Assembly: GCA_038153405.1 (NCBI GenBank)
Contig: JAYOYH010000020.1
Span: 1 to 64,000 of the forward strand
Source of the DNA: Gemmatimonadota bacterium
GTDB lineage: Bacteria > Latescibacterota > UBA2968 > UBA8231
Direction of reading: 5' to 3'
Length of the DNA stretch: 64,000 nucleotides
This document shows positions 48,207 to 59,794 of the stretch, piece by piece. The stretch's first letter is position 1, and every line of letters begins with the position of its first letter. A program made the translations under genes and the position numbers. A model generated the notes under the pieces. The model was not told the DNA's origin. It worked only from the letters and a program-made list of their open reading frames with translations, and did not search any database.

Positions 48207-49355
48207 TTAAAACTCCTTGCCGAACTGTCCCAGTGGATAAAAAGATACGTGATCAAAATGGTGAAATCCGGGATGGAGCGCAAAGGTATGGCCCAAACTG
48301 ACGAGAAAGCGATCGCGCACCAGCGTTTCGAGCACCGCATCGAGAAAGGTCGGCGAAAAGCGAGCCGATTTTCCGATGTGGGGCGAAATACTCTGGCGGC
48401 GATGAAGTTCGTCCCATCCAAAATAACGCCCCATCTCCGGCTGCATATTCTCGTCGAAGAATAGATAGAGCACGCCCACCTGATTGGGCGATAAATGGCG
48501 CACTAAATCGTCCTGCAAGACCCCGATACCACCAAAGCGCCGACTGGCCCTTTCGTAGTCTTTTAGGCCGACATACTGGCTGCGTTCCTGCTGAAACTGC
48601 GCCGGTTCGACAAAGGCCGGCCGGATCTCCGTATACCCCTCGACAAAAGCTTCAACGCTGCGATCGCGCGTCTCCCCGGTGTAGACGAAAGCAATTTCGG
48701 GAATAGCGCCCTCCACTTTGTTCGGGCGAACGTAGAATTTGAAATTCTCGTAGCGGCCCACCTCTTGGTGAATATGGCGCAGAAGCACTTCAATCGAATC
48801 GCGGTGGGCGCTGTGGAAACGCCCATCTTCGCGCATAAACTGCACGATGCTCTGATAGACAACGCATTGTCCCAACTCGAGCTGGCTCTGATCGATGGAT
48901 AGAAACGAACAGGGAGGCCCACCAAAGACCTCATGGTACGCACTGCGCACTTGCGCTCGCTCCTTTTCGCGCAGCACGGCTTTGGGAAAGCGCACCAACA
49001 ACCGTTCGACCTTGCCCGAACTAAGCTCCAACTCTCCGGCGGCCTTGCACAGCTCAAACGCAGAGTGCAGCTGTTCGCGCTGCTTGCCCTCGCGCAGGGA
49101 GAGCCGCCCCACCTCCAAGCGGGTGGCCAATCCGATGCCCTGAATATCGGTTTGCATGCGCGCCTTCCCACCGTGGCTGCCCAGCAGCCAGGTCGACTGC
49201 GCGTGCTTGCTCGCCAACTCATCGAAATCGTTGCGGATTTTCCGGGTAAAGCGAAAGTGCGCACTCGGCTCGTAGTACACAGTAATATCAAAGACTTTCG
49301 GCATAGATATAATCTGCCCACTCAGGTGGCGTATCGTATGGCTTATGGCGGTCAT
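48207..49355 (-). CDS. Hypothetical protein (possible C-terminal winged helix)
   Basis: 382-aa ORF with AAGGA RBS, co-oriented in the operon; no recognisable family. Confidence 0.7.
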   Translation of the reverse strand: MTAISHTIRHLSGQIISMPKVFDITVYYEPSAHFRFTRKIRNDFDELASKHAQSTWLLGSHGGKARMQTDIQGIGLATRLEVGRLSLREGKQREQLHSAFELCKAAGELELSSGKVERLLVRFPKAVLREKERAQVRSAYHEVFGGPPCSFLSIDQSQLELGQCVVYQSIVQFMREDGRFHSAHRDSIEVLLRHIHQEVGRYENFKFYVRPNKVEGAIPEIAFVYTGETRDRSVEAFVEGYTEIRPAFVEPAQFQQERSQYVGLKDYERASRRFGGIGVLQDDLVRHLSPNQVGVLYLFFDENMQPEMGRYFGWDELHRRQSISPHIGKSARFSPTFLDAVLETLVRDRFLVSLGHTFALHPGFHHFDHVSFYPLGQFGKEF

Positions 49356-49367
49356 ATACGACTTCCT

Positions 49368-51155
49368 TTAAGCAACTTCTGCTAGTTGGCGAATGCGCTC
49401 ATCGCGCTGGCGATTGCGCTCTTTGGCCCACTCTGGATCGTAGAGTTCGCGATACAACCCATCGGCTTCAATAAGTTCTTCGTGGCGTCCGATTTGTTCG
49501 ACGTGTCCCTCCTTTAGGACGACGATCTTATCGGCATTGCGCACCGTGGATAGGCGATGGGCTATGATGAAGGTGGTTCGGTCCTTCATCAGGTGATTGA
49601 GGGCCTCTTGCACCTTGGTTTCCGACACGGTATCAAGGGCAGAGGTCGCTTCGTCGAGGATGAGTATGCGGGGGTTGCGGATGAGCGCACGGGCGATGGC
49701 AATGCGCTGGCGCTGTCCCCCGGAAAGGCGGGTGCCGTTGGACCCGAGCAGCGAGCGATAGCCGTCGGGCAACGAGCAAATAAATTCGTGGGCGTTGGCC
49801 TGGCGAGCCGCCGACTCGATCTCGTCCATGGTCGCATCGGGCTTGCCATAGCGAATATTGTCCAGGATCGTTCCGCGAAAGAGATGCGTTTCCTGTAGCA
49901 CCATGCTCATCTGTTCGCGCAGTGCTAAGAGGGCGTATTCCTGTATATCGCGTCCATCAATGCGAATAGTGCCCGAATCCCGATCGTAAAAGCGCGCGAT
50001 GAGGTTGGCAATGGTCGTCTTGCCAGACCCGCTAGGACCGACAAAGGCCACAACCTCTCCCGGACGCGCGATGAAGCTGACCCCCGACAGCACGCTGTCA
50101 CCGCGGTCGTAGGCGAAGGAGACCTGATCGAACTCGATCTCGCCGCGCAGGTCTTCGCGCAGCCCATCGGGGTCGTCCTCGACTTCAGGTGCCGTATCAA
50201 GTACTTCAAAAACGCGGCGAATACCCACTTTCGCTGGCAAAATCTGCTGCACGACCCCGATGAGCTCTGAAACCGGCGCATAGAGCATGGCCACATAGCT
50301 CATCAACAAGATGTATTCGTCGAGGCGCAACTCCTGTCCGAGGACGGCCGTTCCGCACACCAGCATGACGAGCACCTCGCCGACATAGCTAATATTGCCG
50401 GTGACCTGTCCCCAAATACTGGCCAAATTACCCGAGTAGAGATCGATGTCGTAATTCTCGCGCATCTGGCCAATGAGCGAACGGCTCTCGCGGCGCTCCC
50501 CCGAGTGCGACTTGACCATCTTTATGGCCCCAACCACTTCGCTGACCTTGCCATAGATCTGCGACATCTTCTCCGTCGACTTCCAGGCATAGTGGGAAAT
50601 GCGGGCGCGGAAAAAGAAATAGCCGAGAAAGTGGAAGGGCAATACGACGAGGGCTACGGTTGCCACCAGGGGGCTCGTATAGAACAGCACGCCAATGAGG
50701 AAAATTGCTTTTACGGAAGAGATAACCGTATTGATGACCGTGCCCGTAACCAATGAGGTTACCGAATGGACGTCGTTCATCATGCGAGAAATAATTTCAC
50801 CGGAGCTACGCGATTCGTAAAAACCCAGCGAAAGGCGCTGCAAATGGTCGTACATGCGGCGGCGCAGATCAAAAACAAGACGTCCGCCGAGTATGCGCAT
50901 TTGGTATGAATAGGCGAAGGAAATGATGCTGGTGGTCACGCGCAGGGCGACCAGCATGATAACGCATTCGAGAAAGAGCGCTCGGTCGCCCTCGGGCAAC
51001 GCCAGACCGACCAGTTTAGATCCCCAAATGGGTGGCAATAGCCCCAACCCGGTCAACACCAAAAGCGTTATTAGGGAGAGAACTAACTTGGCCCTATAAG
51101 GTTGTATTATCTCGTATACTCTAAGCCACAGATTGCGCTTCATTCGCTGCCACAT
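49368..51155 (-). CDS. ABC exporter, fused permease/ATPase (MsbA/Sav1866 type)
   Basis: TM domain; GPSGSGKT, LSGGQRQR, LDEATSALD, IAHRLST. Confidence 0.94.
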   Translation of the reverse strand: MWQRMKRNLWLRVYEIIQPYRAKLVLSLITLLVLTGLGLLPPIWGSKLVGLALPEGDRALFLECVIMLVALRVTTSIISFAYSYQMRILGGRLVFDLRRRMYDHLQRLSLGFYESRSSGEIISRMMNDVHSVTSLVTGTVINTVISSVKAIFLIGVLFYTSPLVATVALVVLPFHFLGYFFFRARISHYAWKSTEKMSQIYGKVSEVVGAIKMVKSHSGERRESRSLIGQMRENYDIDLYSGNLASIWGQVTGNISYVGEVLVMLVCGTAVLGQELRLDEYILLMSYVAMLYAPVSELIGVVQQILPAKVGIRRVFEVLDTAPEVEDDPDGLREDLRGEIEFDQVSFAYDRGDSVLSGVSFIARPGEVVAFVGPSGSGKTTIANLIARFYDRDSGTIRIDGRDIQEYALLALREQMSMVLQETHLFRGTILDNIRYGKPDATMDEIESAARQANAHEFICSLPDGYRSLLGSNGTRLSGGQRQRIAIARALIRNPRILILDEATSALDTVSETKVQEALNHLMKDRTTFIIAHRLSTVRNADKIVVLKEGHVEQIGRHEELIEADGLYRELYDPEWAKERNRQRDERIRQLAEVA

Positions 51156-51554
51156 GAAGTTTGTAAGTCTCTGTGCAACTCAAACTTAGCTAGGTATCAT
51201 CCATCCGATGTAGACCTTCTCCATCAGGTGGAAGTCAGCTACGCGAGTACGCGACCGGAGCCATACAAACCGGTTATTAGTGATGTCAGGGTGGAAATGC
51301 AGAAAGGTTGGAGCTGATGTTCTCCCGAAGAACGGTGCGTTCTTCTGCCGCAAAGCGGTTAAATTGTTGGGAGGTTAAGTACGCGTAGGAAGGTTCCCTA
51401 TCCAATCAAAAGGGGGAGTTCAATCTATCAAGGGGTAACCGTTTGAGAAATGTACAGACAAGCACCCAAAACGGCAAGCGGAAAGTCGGACTTTATTGGC
51501 CCATACGCGGAAGTCGCCTATCTTATTCACCCATTTAATCAATGGGAGTTCGCC

Positions 51555-52316
51555 TTGAGTCAACTAGCAGGGGTGCGAATCGTACTGGTCGAACCCGCCT
51601 CTTCGGGCAATATCGGTTCGGTTGCACGGGTCATGAAGAATACGGGAATCGGCCAGCTCACCTTGGTCAATCCCCGCTTCGATTGGGATGTAGACGAAAC
51701 GCGTGCGCTGGCCCACGGCGCAGGTGAAATCCTCGACGGCGCGGTGCGGGCGGACGATCTACAAAGCGCGGTAGCCGACTGTCATCTCGTCGTTGGCACG
51801 ACGCATCGCGATGGACGACAACGCGATGCCATTCATCCCCCCGAACGCATCGTCGAAAAGATCGCCCCCCAACTGCCCAACGGCACGGTCGCTATTGTTT
51901 TTGGCCGCGAGAAAGACGGTCTGTGGCAGGAAGAATTGCGCCTCTGCCGGTATTTGGTGCGCTTTCCCTCTGCCGTTTCCCATCCCTCTTACAACCTTTC
52001 GCACGCCGTGCTGCTCTTCGCCTATGCCCTTTTCTGCTCTACGCAAACGGCGCCAAATCCCCCTTCTCCGTCGCCTGCAGTGCCCCACGCCGAGCGAGAA
52101 CGGTTATTCGACACCTTGGAAAAAGCCTTGCAGAGCATAGGTTTTGTGCACTATAACCGAGATCCGCAGCATTTTATGGACGCAGTGCGGCGCTTTTTCA
52201 ACAAGATTGACCTCGGCGAGCGCGACGTCCGCGTCGTACTAAAGATCTGCCAGCAGATACAGCGCTTTAGTCGGCGGCAGCGCTCTGTTCGGGAAGATCG
52301 ATCAGCCAACGGGTAA
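51555..52316 (+). CDS. trmJ: SPOUT tRNA methyltransferase, TrmJ family
   Basis: 'IVLVEP...GNIGSVARVMKN', 'FGREKDGL', 'SYNLSHAV'; TTG start after GGGAG. Confidence 0.82.
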   Translation: MSQLAGVRIVLVEPASSGNIGSVARVMKNTGIGQLTLVNPRFDWDVDETRALAHGAGEILDGAVRADDLQSAVADCHLVVGTTHRDGRQRDAIHPPERIVEKIAPQLPNGTVAIVFGREKDGLWQEELRLCRYLVRFPSAVSHPSYNLSHAVLLFAYALFCSTQTAPNPPSPSPAVPHAERERLFDTLEKALQSIGFVHYNRDPQHFMDAVRRFFNKIDLGERDVRVVLKICQQIQRFSRRQRSVREDRSANG

Positions 52317-53253
52317 ACCACTGCAACGCATCGCGCTGCATATCCCAGCTGAAATTGTGTCCGATCCCGGCAAACTCGCGTAAGACCACGCGCTCGCCCT
52401 GCGCCCCGTAGAGCGGTAGCGCCACCTCGAAGAGCTTGCGCGTAGCCGCTAGCGGTATGTAGGTATCGTCTTCTCCGACGATGAGCATAAGCGGGCGGGG
52501 GGCCACGTGCGCCACCGCCCGCTTGGCATCGACGTCTTCGAGCCCGGGATAGGCCATAAAAAACGCGTGGCGCACGGCTTGTCCTTGTGCGCCTTTGCGC
52601 ACCATTTCCTGGCGTGCAGGCAGCCCCCTAAAGATCCACTGCCAGGCATCGCTGGCAAAGATCTCATCCCAGACCAAATGGCCGGCCACGGAGACGACGA
52701 CGTCGACGCGCTCGTCGATGGCAGCCAACCACAGCGCCTCTACCCCCCCCATCGAAAGACCGAGCATGCCGAGGCGCTCAGCATCGGCTTCTGGTCTGGA
52801 CTCGGCATAGTCGATGGCGCGCATTAAATCGTAAAGTGACTCGCCCCACACCGCGACCAACCCCTTTTGCTCTAAGGCTTCGGCAAAGTTGCCTTCCCGC
52901 TGGCCGTGGTAAGGTCGATCAATGCTAATGGTGAAAAAACCCCGGTCGGCCCATTCCCGCAATATGCCGATGCGGTTTAGCAGGTCCTCTTTGACGTTTG
53001 GACTACCCGGCATGCACAGGAGCACCGGTAGGGGTTGGGCGTAGGCGAGTTCAGAGAAGGCCATCAGGGCGGGAATGCGTTCGCCGTAGCGCCCCTGAAA
53101 AGTGACCTTTTCAAAAACGATATCGCGCTCTTTCCAGACTTGTTGGGTCAGTGGATCAAGCGAGTTGCGAAAGTGCGGCACGGCAAATACTGCGCGCAGA
53201 TCGCCCGGAGAAGGAGACGGCGGTGAAGCAGGTTGAGAGCAGCCATACCACAA
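52267..53253 (-). CDS. Alpha/beta hydrolase (dienelactone hydrolase/esterase-like), probable lipoprotein
   Basis: Nucleophile elbow GLSMGG, 'GEDD', 'GH'; true start probably further upstream. Confidence 0.85.
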   Translation of the reverse strand: MWYGCSQPASPPSPSPGDLRAVFAVPHFRNSLDPLTQQVWKERDIVFEKVTFQGRYGERIPALMAFSELAYAQPLPVLLCMPGSPNVKEDLLNRIGILREWADRGFFTISIDRPYHGQREGNFAEALEQKGLVAVWGESLYDLMRAIDYAESRPEADAERLGMLGLSMGGVEALWLAAIDERVDVVVSVAGHLVWDEIFASDAWQWIFRGLPARQEMVRKGAQGQAVRHAFFMAYPGLEDVDAKRAVAHVAPRPLMLIVGEDDTYIPLAATRKLFEVALPLYGAQGERVVLREFAGIGHNFSWDMQRDALQWFTRWLIDLPEQSAAAD

Positions 53254-53282
53254 GCCGATAAGGAGCAGGATGGCGCGGATGA

Positions 53283-54266
<984 letters not shown>

Positions 54267-57134
54267 CTAGGTATATGCCTCTAACGGTGAGCAGGAGCAG
54301 ATCAGCGTGCGATCGCCCTGCGCATTGTCTAAGCGTCCGACACTGGGCCAAAACTTACCCTCAATTTGCCAGGGAGCGGGCGTGGCAGCCATCGAACGCG
54401 AATAGGGGTGATCCCATGGTTCGCCCACGATCATGGCCAGCGTATGCGGTGCATTTTTTAACGGGTTATCTACGCGGTCGGAGCTACCATCTATAATCGC
54501 ATCAATTTCACTGCGTATCGATATCATCGCCTGGCAAAACCGCTCCAATTCACCCAAGTCTTCGCTCTCTGTAGGCTCGACCATCATCGTATCGGCGACC
54601 GGGAAGGAGGCCGTGGGCGCATGAAAGCCGTAGTCCATGAGGCGCTTGGCGACATCTTCGACCGTAATGCCGGCCTCGCGCTTGCACCAGCGCAGGTCGA
54701 GAATGCACTCATGGGCAATCCACCCCGTCTCTCCCTTATAAAGAATGGGAAAATACGGATCCAGGCGGCGAGCTACGAAATTGGCATTGAGAATGGCCAC
54801 TTGCGTAGCTTCGGCCAGATGCTCTCCCATCAATTTCAGGTAAGCCCAAGATATGAGCAAGATCAGCGCACTGCTCCAGGGCGCGGCGGCAATCGGACCA
54901 ATCGCCTTTTCCCCACCCACGTCGACGACGGGGTGTCCCGGCAAGAAGGGAGCCAGTTCGGCGCGCACGGCAATCGGCCCCATGCCCGGCCCGCCACCGC
55001 CGTGGGGTATGCAAAAGGTCTTGTGCAGGTTGAGGTGGCAGACGTCCATGCCGATATCGGCCGGGCGACAGAGCCCGACCAGCGCATTCATATTGGCGCC
55101 ATCCATATAGACCATACCACCGTGCGCATGTATGATATCGCAGATGGTGCCGATCTGGCGCTCAAAGACGCCGTGCGTAGAGGGATACGTCACCATGAGG
55201 GCAGAAAGCGAATCTCCATATTGCTGTGCTTTGGCCTTTAGATCTTCGACGTCGATATTGCCCCACTCATCGCAGGCCACCACCACGACCTGCATGCCCG
55301 CCATCACTGCACTGGCCGGGTTGGTTCCGTGCGCAGAGGCGGGTATAAGACAGACGGCGCGGCGACCTTCTCCCCGCTCGGCATGGTAGCGCTGTATAAC
55401 GCGCAGCCCTGCATATTCTCCCTGTGATCCGGCATTGGGCTGCAGTGAAACGGCGGCAAATCCGGTGATTTCTCTGAGCATGTGCTCGAGTTCATCGAAT
55501 ATCGCCCGGTAACCAAGCGCTTGATCAAGCGGCGCAAATGGGTGCAGCGAAGCAAAACTGGGCCAGGTGATGGGCATCATCTCCACACTCGCATTGAGCT
55601 TCATCGTGCACGAACCCAGCGGAATCATCGAATGGGTGAGGGAAAGGTCGCGCGCCTGCAGCCGGTGGATATAGCGCAGCATTTGCGTTTCCGAACGGTG
55701 TGCTGAAAAAACCGAATGCTGCATATAGGGCGATGTGCGCTGACTGGGGACGGGAATCCCACCGGCCCAGGCATCCGCGGCGAACGCTTCAACCTGGAAG
55801 GACTTCGCCGTCAGCACATAGGCTATTTTTTGCAGATCGGCGACGCCCGTCGTCTCGTCGATCGCGATCCCCCAGTCGCCGTCCTCGTAAGCGCGCAGGT
55901 TGATGGACGCCTCCGCTGAGCGGGCAGCTACCGCTGTCCCCTCTTCTTTAGCCAACGCTACGCGCAGCGTATCAAAAAACGCGGCGTGGCGAATGCTGAG
56001 GCCAGCGCGAGCCAGCACCGCAGCCAGAGCCCGCGCCTTGGCGTGCACCTCTTCGGCGATGCGCTGTAACCCATCGGCGCCGTGATACACGGCAAACATG
56101 CTGACCACCACTGCCGGAAGAACCTGTGCTGTACAGATATTGCTCGTTGCGCGTTCGCGCTTGATGTGCTGCTCGCGCGTCTGCAGAGCCATGCGCAGAG
56201 CCACGCGCCCATGAACGTCGCGCGAAACGCCGATCACCCGACCGGGCAACTGCCGTTTGTATTCGGCGCGGGTGGCAAAGAAAGCGGCGTGCGGACCGCC
56301 ATACCCCATGGGCATGCCCAAGCGCTGGCTATTGCCCACCACGGCGTCGGCTCCCATTTCACCCGGGGGACGCAGCAGACAGAGTGCGAGGGGATCACAG
56401 GCAAAAGCGACGAGAAGCCCGCCCTCGTGCGCCTCCTCGACAAAGGAAGAGTAGTCGATGATTCGGCCATCGCTAGTGGGATACTGCACCAGACAGCCAA
56501 AGTAGCCGGCGCTGAAATCGCATTCTTCGCATGGACCAATATCGCAGTGCCAACCGCGCCCTTCCGCTCGGGCTGCTACGACGGCGATGGTCTGTGGATG
56601 ACAGCGCTCATCAATAAAAAAACGCGTGGAAGCCTTTTTTCCCTGTACGGCAAAAAACATGGCCATGGCCTCTGCCGCGGCCGTCCCTTCGTCGAGCAAC
56701 GAAGCATTGCTCAACTCCATACCCGATAGGTCGCATACCATAGTTTGGAAATTGAGCAGGGCCTCTAGACGGCCTTGGGCAATTTCCGACTGGTATGGCG
56801 TATACTGGGTGTACCAGCCGGGATTTTCAAGAATATTGCGCTGGATTACCGGCGGCGTAAAGCAGTCCGCATACCCCATGCCAATAAAGGAGCGGTAGCT
56901 TCCGTTTTGCTCGGCGAGCACTCGCATCCGCGCCAAGAGGTCGCTTTCTCCTAGCGCCTCTCCCCAATCCATTGTTCCGCGATAGCGAATATCCTCGGGA
57001 ACCGCCGCATCGACGAGTTCTGCAAGCGACTCGACTTCAATCGCCCCGAGCATTTTTTCTATCTCGTCGGCACTAGGCCCTATATGGCGTCTATAAAACG
57101 CACTACTCCCCTGTCGACCGAACTGCATCTGCAA
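54267..57134 (-). CDS. gcvP: Glycine dehydrogenase (decarboxylating), P protein
   Basis: 'YTPYQSEIAQGRLE', 'ATSNICTAQ', 'PLGSCTMKLN', 'HLNLHKTFCIPHGGGGPG'. Confidence 0.98.
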   Translation of the reverse strand: MQMQFGRQGSSAFYRRHIGPSADEIEKMLGAIEVESLAELVDAAVPEDIRYRGTMDWGEALGESDLLARMRVLAEQNGSYRSFIGMGYADCFTPPVIQRNILENPGWYTQYTPYQSEIAQGRLEALLNFQTMVCDLSGMELSNASLLDEGTAAAEAMAMFFAVQGKKASTRFFIDERCHPQTIAVVAARAEGRGWHCDIGPCEECDFSAGYFGCLVQYPTSDGRIIDYSSFVEEAHEGGLLVAFACDPLALCLLRPPGEMGADAVVGNSQRLGMPMGYGGPHAAFFATRAEYKRQLPGRVIGVSRDVHGRVALRMALQTREQHIKRERATSNICTAQVLPAVVVSMFAVYHGADGLQRIAEEVHAKARALAAVLARAGLSIRHAAFFDTLRVALAKEEGTAVAARSAEASINLRAYEDGDWGIAIDETTGVADLQKIAYVLTAKSFQVEAFAADAWAGGIPVPSQRTSPYMQHSVFSAHRSETQMLRYIHRLQARDLSLTHSMIPLGSCTMKLNASVEMMPITWPSFASLHPFAPLDQALGYRAIFDELEHMLREITGFAAVSLQPNAGSQGEYAGLRVIQRYHAERGEGRRAVCLIPASAHGTNPASAVMAGMQVVVVACDEWGNIDVEDLKAKAQQYGDSLSALMVTYPSTHGVFERQIGTICDIIHAHGGMVYMDGANMNALVGLCRPADIGMDVCHLNLHKTFCIPHGGGGPGMGPIAVRAELAPFLPGHPVVDVGGEKAIGPIAAAPWSSALILLISWAYLKLMGEHLAEATQVAILNANFVARRLDPYFPILYKGETGWIAHECILDLRWCKREAGITVEDVAKRLMDYGFHAPTASFPVADTMMVEPTESEDLGELERFCQAMISIRSEIDAIIDGSSDRVDNPLKNAPHTLAMIVGEPWDHPYSRSMAATPAPWQIEGKFWPSVGRLDNAQGDRTLICSCSPLEAYT

Positions 57135-57144
57135 CCTACTCTCG

Positions 57145-58257
57145 CTAGGGTGCTCGCTTTACCTTCGATTTAACAAACGGCAGGCGCACGACTTGGGCAG
57201 CGAGCGTTCGACCCCGCACAGAAAGGTAGACTGCGCTGCCGATGTGCGCCCATTCCCGCTGCAAAAAGGCCAGACCGATACCCCGCTTGAGCGATGGCGA
57301 TTGCGTGCCGCTGCTGACGATACCAATCGATTGGCCACTGGCATCCTCGACCATATATCCCGTTCTGGGTATGCCCTTGTCAATCATTTTAATTCCGCGC
57401 AGCAGGCGATGCGAACCCTCTTTCTTAGCGGCGCTAAGCGCCTCTCTGCCGAGGAAGTGGGCGGGTTTGTTCCAGTCTATAGTCCAGCCAATGCCGGCTT
57501 CAAGCGGCGTTATATCCTCCGTCAACTCGTGGCCATATAGCGGGAAACCCATTTCCGTGCGCAGCGTATCTCTCGCTCCTAAGCCACAGGGCACAGCTCC
57601 GGCCGAAGCCAGTGCATCCCACACCGCTGCGGCCCATTGGGCATCGCACATAATTTCAAAGCCATCTTCCCCCGTATACCCACAGCGACTCAGCACGATG
57701 GGACACCCATTCATTGCCGTATTGCAAAAGCGGTAATAGGCCAAATCGGTCAAAAGACCGGGTTCGATCATTGCAGAAAGGATGCCTTCTGCGGCGGGCC
57801 CCTGCAGCGCGATCATCGCCGTTTGAGCGCTTTCATCTTGCAGGTCTACGCCGTCAACCATCTGCCCCCGCTGGACAATCCAACGCCAGTCGGCCTGCGC
57901 ACGGCCGGCATTGACGACAAGCAAAAAGGCTTCGGCAGAAGAGCGATAGACAATTAAATCATCAATGCACCCACCCTTCTCATTACACATTGGCGCATAG
58001 AGCATCTGTCCATCGCCCAAGCACCGCACGCTGGCGGGCAAAAGGTCGTCGAGAAAAGCAAGGGCTGCCTCACCGCGAACGGCAAACTGGCCCATATGCG
58101 ACACGTCGAACAGACCGGCACCTGTTCGCACGGCCAGGTGCTCCTCAGTGATACCTCGATAGTCGACGGGCATATGCCAACCGGCAAAATCTACCAAGCG
58201 ACCTCCACCGCGCTGATGCTCCGCGTGCAATGGTGTTTGACGCAGCCTAGCGCTCAT
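57145..58257 (-). CDS. gcvT: Glycine cleavage aminomethyltransferase T
   Basis: 'FAGWHMP', 'FDVSHMG', 'GYTGEDGFE', '[11 protein letters not shown]'. Confidence 0.97.
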   Translation of the reverse strand: MSARLRQTPLHAEHQRGGGRLVDFAGWHMPVDYRGITEEHLAVRTGAGLFDVSHMGQFAVRGEAALAFLDDLLPASVRCLGDGQMLYAPMCNEKGGCIDDLIVYRSSAEAFLLVVNAGRAQADWRWIVQRGQMVDGVDLQDESAQTAMIALQGPAAEGILSAMIEPGLLTDLAYYRFCNTAMNGCPIVLSRCGYTGEDGFEIMCDAQWAAAVWDALASAGAVPCGLGARDTLRTEMGFPLYGHELTEDITPLEAGIGWTIDWNKPAHFLGREALSAAKKEGSHRLLRGIKMIDKGIPRTGYMVEDASGQSIGIVSSGTQSPSLKRGIGLAFLQREWAHIGSAVYLSVRGRTLAAQVVRLPFVKSKVKRAP

Positions 58258-58865
58258 CGTCCCATTTTCCATAGCCCGCTCTCCAATTTCTTCCACAGCG
58301 CCTCAGCGCGGCATTCGAGATCTTGTAGGGATCCGCTATTGTCTACGACATAATCGGCGCGGTTTTTTTTGTGGTTTGAGTCCAACTGCAAATCCATGCG
58401 CCGTTCGATTTCGTCGGGCATCAGACCGCTGCGCTGCATGATGCGGTCTATGCGCACAGCACGATCGGCATCGACGACAACGACGCAATCGACCCAACTC
58501 TCGATGCCCCACTCGTAAATCAGCGGTGCATCAAATACGACGATGGTATGTGGGGAGGTCTCCACGGCACGATCCAACTCGGCGCGCAGCGCACGTTCGA
58601 GTTCGGGTCGTATAATGGCGTACAGTCGCTGCACACTAGCGCGATTGACCAGCGCCTTCCGCCCCAGAAGACGGCGATCCAACTGCCCGTTGGCATTCAC
58701 TATTTCAGCGCCAAACGCGCCAACCAGAGCCTGGCGACCGACGCCTTCGCCGAGCAGGCGATGCGCAATGGCATCGGCATCGACAACGCGTGCACCGCGC
58801 TTGCTCAAATACCGACTAAGCTCTGTTTTTCCGGATCCGATGCCACCGGTTACCCCCACTATCAT
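58254..58865 (-). CDS. coaE: Dephospho-CoA kinase
   Basis: 'GVTGGIGSGKT', 'DAD', 'LDRRLLG', 'DAPL'. Confidence 0.94.
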   Translation of the reverse strand: MIVGVTGGIGSGKTELSRYLSKRGARVVDADAIAHRLLGEGVGRQALVGAFGAEIVNANGQLDRRLLGRKALVNRASVQRLYAIIRPELERALRAELDRAVETSPHTIVVFDAPLIYEWGIESWVDCVVVVDADRAVRIDRIMQRSGLMPDEIERRMDLQLDSNHKKNRADYVVDNSGSLQDLECRAEALWKKLESGLWKMGR

Positions 58866-58939
58866 GGGGTTTATGTACGAGGCTTCGGCGCCGGCGTTCG
58901 TGTAGAACGCGGCAATGTAGTCTGCTTTCTGTCAGCGCG

Positions 58940-59794
58940 TTACTTACCCTTTAGCAATCTGAAAAAATCGCCATCGGCAGGCAGCACGATATGCGTTTTT
59001 TCTCCAAGCGCCTTTTCGTAGGCTTCAAGGGTGCGAGAAAATTCGTAAAACGCGGTAGCACCCGTATAGGCCTCAGCGTAGATCTGCAGCGCTTCGGCAT
59101 CGCCGGCACCGCGTATGCGCTGCGCTTCCTCTTCGGCCTCAGCGCGGATTTGGGAGGCGCTCAGATCGGTTTCAGCGCGGATCGTCAACGCCTGCTCTTC
59201 GCCCTCTGAGCGATAGGTCTTGGCTTCGCGCGCACGCTCAGCGCGCATGCGATTGAAAACCGCCGATTCATTTTCGGGCGGCAAATCTGCCCGTTTAATG
59301 CGCACGTCGACCACTTCAATACCGTAACTGCGCGCTGCTTCGTCCGAACGCTCGGTAACTAAATGCATCAGCGCCTCGCGATTTTCCGATACGATTTCCG
59401 AAAGCGTATGCTGACCTAACTCCTTGCGCACCTCAGAGTAGATAATGTCATCGAGACGGGCCAAGCCTTGTTCTTTTGTACGCAGCGCACGCATGAATAT
59501 CAGCGGATCGATAATGCGCCAACGCGCGTAATTGTCGAGCATGAGGATTTTCTTGTCGCGCGTGTAAATCGGCTCCGGCGTCGAGTCATAGTCCAACAGC
59601 CAGCGCTCAAAGCGAGTGGTTTTTTGGATCGGATCGGGCATTTTGAAATAGAGCCCAGGCTCTCTTATCACTCGCACCGGTTCACCAAATTGCGTGACGA
59701 CGACCTGCTCTACTTCGTTCACGGTAAAAAGGACCAGATTAGCAACAAATAGGGCCGCAACAAACGCGATAATGCCAACCATGGGCGCTTTCAT
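58940..59794 (-). CDS. hflC: FtsH modulator HflC
   Basis: SPFH domain; 'DVRIKRADLP', 'RMRAER', 'FYEFSRTLEAY'. Confidence 0.95.
   Translation of the reverse strand: MKAPMVGIIAFVAALFVANLVLFTVNEVEQVVVTQFGEPVRVIREPGLYFKMPDPIQKTTRFERWLLDYDSTPEPIYTRDKKILMLDNYARWRIIDPLIFMRALRTKEQGLARLDDIIYSEVRKELGQHTLSEIVSENREALMHLVTERSDEAARSYGIEVVDVRIKRADLPPENESAVFNRMRAERAREAKTYRSEGEEQALTIRAETDLSASQIRAEAEEEAQRIRGAGDAEALQIYAEAYTGATAFYEFSRTLEAYEKALGEKTHIVLPADGDFFRLLKGK

Noticed and set aside
48563..49321. 252-aa alternative-frame ORF
   Set aside because: Arg/Ser/Cys-rich composition typical of off-frame GC-rich DNA; nested in the 382-aa ORF that has an RBS
51102..51317. 71-aa + strand ORF
   Set aside because: Overlaps the ABC exporter start antisense; no RBS or motif
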